Assembly (NCBI GenBank): GCA_951406725.2
Contig: OX597834.1
Coordinates: 1,426,001 to 1,490,000, forward strand
Reading direction: 5' to 3'
From: Octopus vulgaris
Taxonomy: Eukaryota
DNA length: 64,000 nucleotides
Shown: one piece after another, positions 61,672-64,000 of the stretch
How positions within the stretch are numbered: the stretch's first letter is position 1
How the letters are laid out: every line of letters starts with the position of its first letter
The notes under the pieces: model-generated
What the model saw: the letters and a program-made list of their open reading frames with translations, nothing else
What the model was told of the DNA's origin: nothing
Databases searched by the model: none
Position numbers and translations under genes: made by a program

Positions 61672-62789
61672 GTGTGCGTATCTGCGCGTATGTACACATA
61701 CATATATTTTAATAATCCTGTCCTGTGAAACTCAAGTCCTTCAATTATAAGCCTATTTGTATAAACCGCTACATTGAAACACGTCCACCGTTCCCATGTC
61801 AAACGGTTTTATTGATGAGATAAAACTGCAATGTTGACTGTAGAACATTGTGACAAAAGTTAGCTCCAATCTCCTGTATAATTGATAACTCCTTGTTGTC
61901 GTTTTATTCACCACATCGCAGCTAATTTATAGTTAATCGATTTTGGAAGACTGATAGAGTTAAAATCAATTTATCGCAAGGTGAATAGGTTTTTAATGAC
62001 ATTCAATAATAAATCACCGCAAGTCTTCCATACCTCATGTCGACCTCCATCTTGCCTCCAATTTCATATCCAACAGAAAAGATTCATTATTTTCGTTTTG
62101 AATTCTTTTTCTTCCTGTGAGATATTCGCTCTTTTAGAAAACAAAATGTCTTTCCGTCTTTGTGATTCTGTTCTCGCTAGATCGATCATATTTCAATAAA
62201 AACCAGTAATCGAATAACAAATATCGGTTGTGTATATAGTTTTTGCTATGTATATATTTTATAATAACTCTCGACATTGTCAATAACTTGGACAGCGATC
62301 ACGCAGTTAGGATGTCATCAGTTGGCTATCGTAGAGGAAGAACCATGAGTTCGTGCTTTGTAATCTCTAGGAAGGGTCCTTTATGCAACCTCTCGATATG
62401 CTAGAAATTGCAGCCAATTGACCACAAGTATGTCTGTATAGCTGAGTATTGGAGGAATTACGGGATTGTGCCAAAATTAGAAGTAATCGGTAGAACTAGT
62501 TTCATCACAGTACAATCCAAAGATTGTTTGAAAAAGCAGGTTTCATTCAACTGACTGGGACCCAGTTTAAATCATATGTTCACATCATATTCTATCCAGG
62601 ATGTTAGGACCAGACTCCATTCCGTTCAGTGAGCTTCTGTTTCAGCTACATGTTAAGAGCATTTTCGATCCAACATTTTATGACCTAACTTCATTCGACT
62701 GAAGAAAGACCAATCACGTAATAAAACCTCGTCCCATCCAACATGGAGAGTTCATCGTTTTACGAAATATATGAGATTCCATTTTGGTT

Positions 62790-63020
62790 TAACATCTACA
62801 TAAGATGACTTGATATCGAAAGTTTTCCTGTACACCCCCAAATCAATGCGTACCGGTTTTTCTTTTTCCAAGAAATTTGGTCAAGGAACTTTTCATGACA
62901 GGCGAAGTCAAACCATGAGAAATTGTTACGCAGACATCTTAGCCTCTCGGAAAACGAGATCTCGTTATTTCGCAGAGAATTTAACCGGACAAAGTAGACG
63001 ATCACATAAATGATGAAATG
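62790..63020 (+). pseudogene. Possible highly decayed mariner C-terminal remnant
   Basis: Weak likeness to the HPPYSPD..FFLF..G..F..FLASR region. Confidence 0.25.
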
Positions 63021-63066
63021 AAGATTTGCAACTCTAGAATTATGGAATGTTGTGTAAATATAAAGA

Positions 63067-63136
<70 letters not shown>

Positions 63137-63160
63137 TGAGTGAGTGAGTATGTGTGCATG

Positions 63161-63212
<52 letters not shown>

Positions 63213-63334
63213 GTACATTCAACAATATAAGGAATGGCCATAATAGGCCATTCGACTCACTAGAAAGAGCAGCCAAACTCAAACCGCTAATAGTTGTAAT
63301 TCTGAAATTGAAAGAGAAAATAAATATATATAGG

Positions 63335-63443
<109 letters not shown>

Positions 63444-63910
63444 GTCTAACTAAACCAGTAAAACGCATCCAAAGAGGGAAAGAAACACTCCATTGAATAC
63501 AACGAGTTGGATTTCTAAAGAACTTCATATTGGATAGAATTCTGGTCGGAATTAGTGCAGACTTCCCCATCCAGAAACACATCTCTATCACACTTCAATT
63601 AATCCATTGTCGATTACTGATGCCAATTTACAAAAGAATTTTTTTTCCCTCTCCGTTAATTAATGAAGAGTTTAAGATATTGGGAAATATGGTTAATGTT
63701 AAAAATAACAGACAGCAGTGGTTTAGCATGTTCGTTGTTATTTATTAATATAGATGAACCTGTGTGTGTGTGTCTGTGTGTGTGTGTCTGTGTGTGTGTG
63801 TCTGTGTGTGTGTGAACGTTCAGTAGTGCATCTGTCTATTTTGTGTATATAGATATATACATACACAAATATATATATACATACACAAATATATATATAT
63901 ATATACATAC

Positions 63911-63947
<37 letters not shown>

Positions 63948-64000
63948 CACAAATATATATATATATTCATACACAAATATATATATATATATATATATAT

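Overview
This is animal (eukaryotic) genomic DNA, AT-rich and saturated with microsatellites. The SINE and repeat content resembles octopus/cephalopod DNA, which is an inference. No intact host protein-coding gene is evident, and nearly all listed ORFs are translations of simple repeats. The window is mostly decayed transposons: a Tx1/L1-clade LINE with an RT deletion, two RTE 3' fragments, and about seven R4/Dong-like REL-endonuclease LINE copies, most inserted in one polarity into (TAA)n tracts, including a stacked cluster beside a ~2.3 kb (TTA)n. There are also two main tRNA-derived SINE families, Tc1/mariner and hAT remnants, and a composite non-autonomous Helitron. The most notable signals are: (i) about ten minimal hammerhead-ribozyme motifs of the Penelope-like-element type, including an intact one whose flanking inverted repeat starts at the predicted cleavage site and a family with a fixed non-canonical CUGUNGA core; (ii) many fold-back/inverted duplications, one replacing part of a LINE RT; (iii) a few candidate host exon and promoter islands. 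All calls were made by eye and boundaries are approximate.
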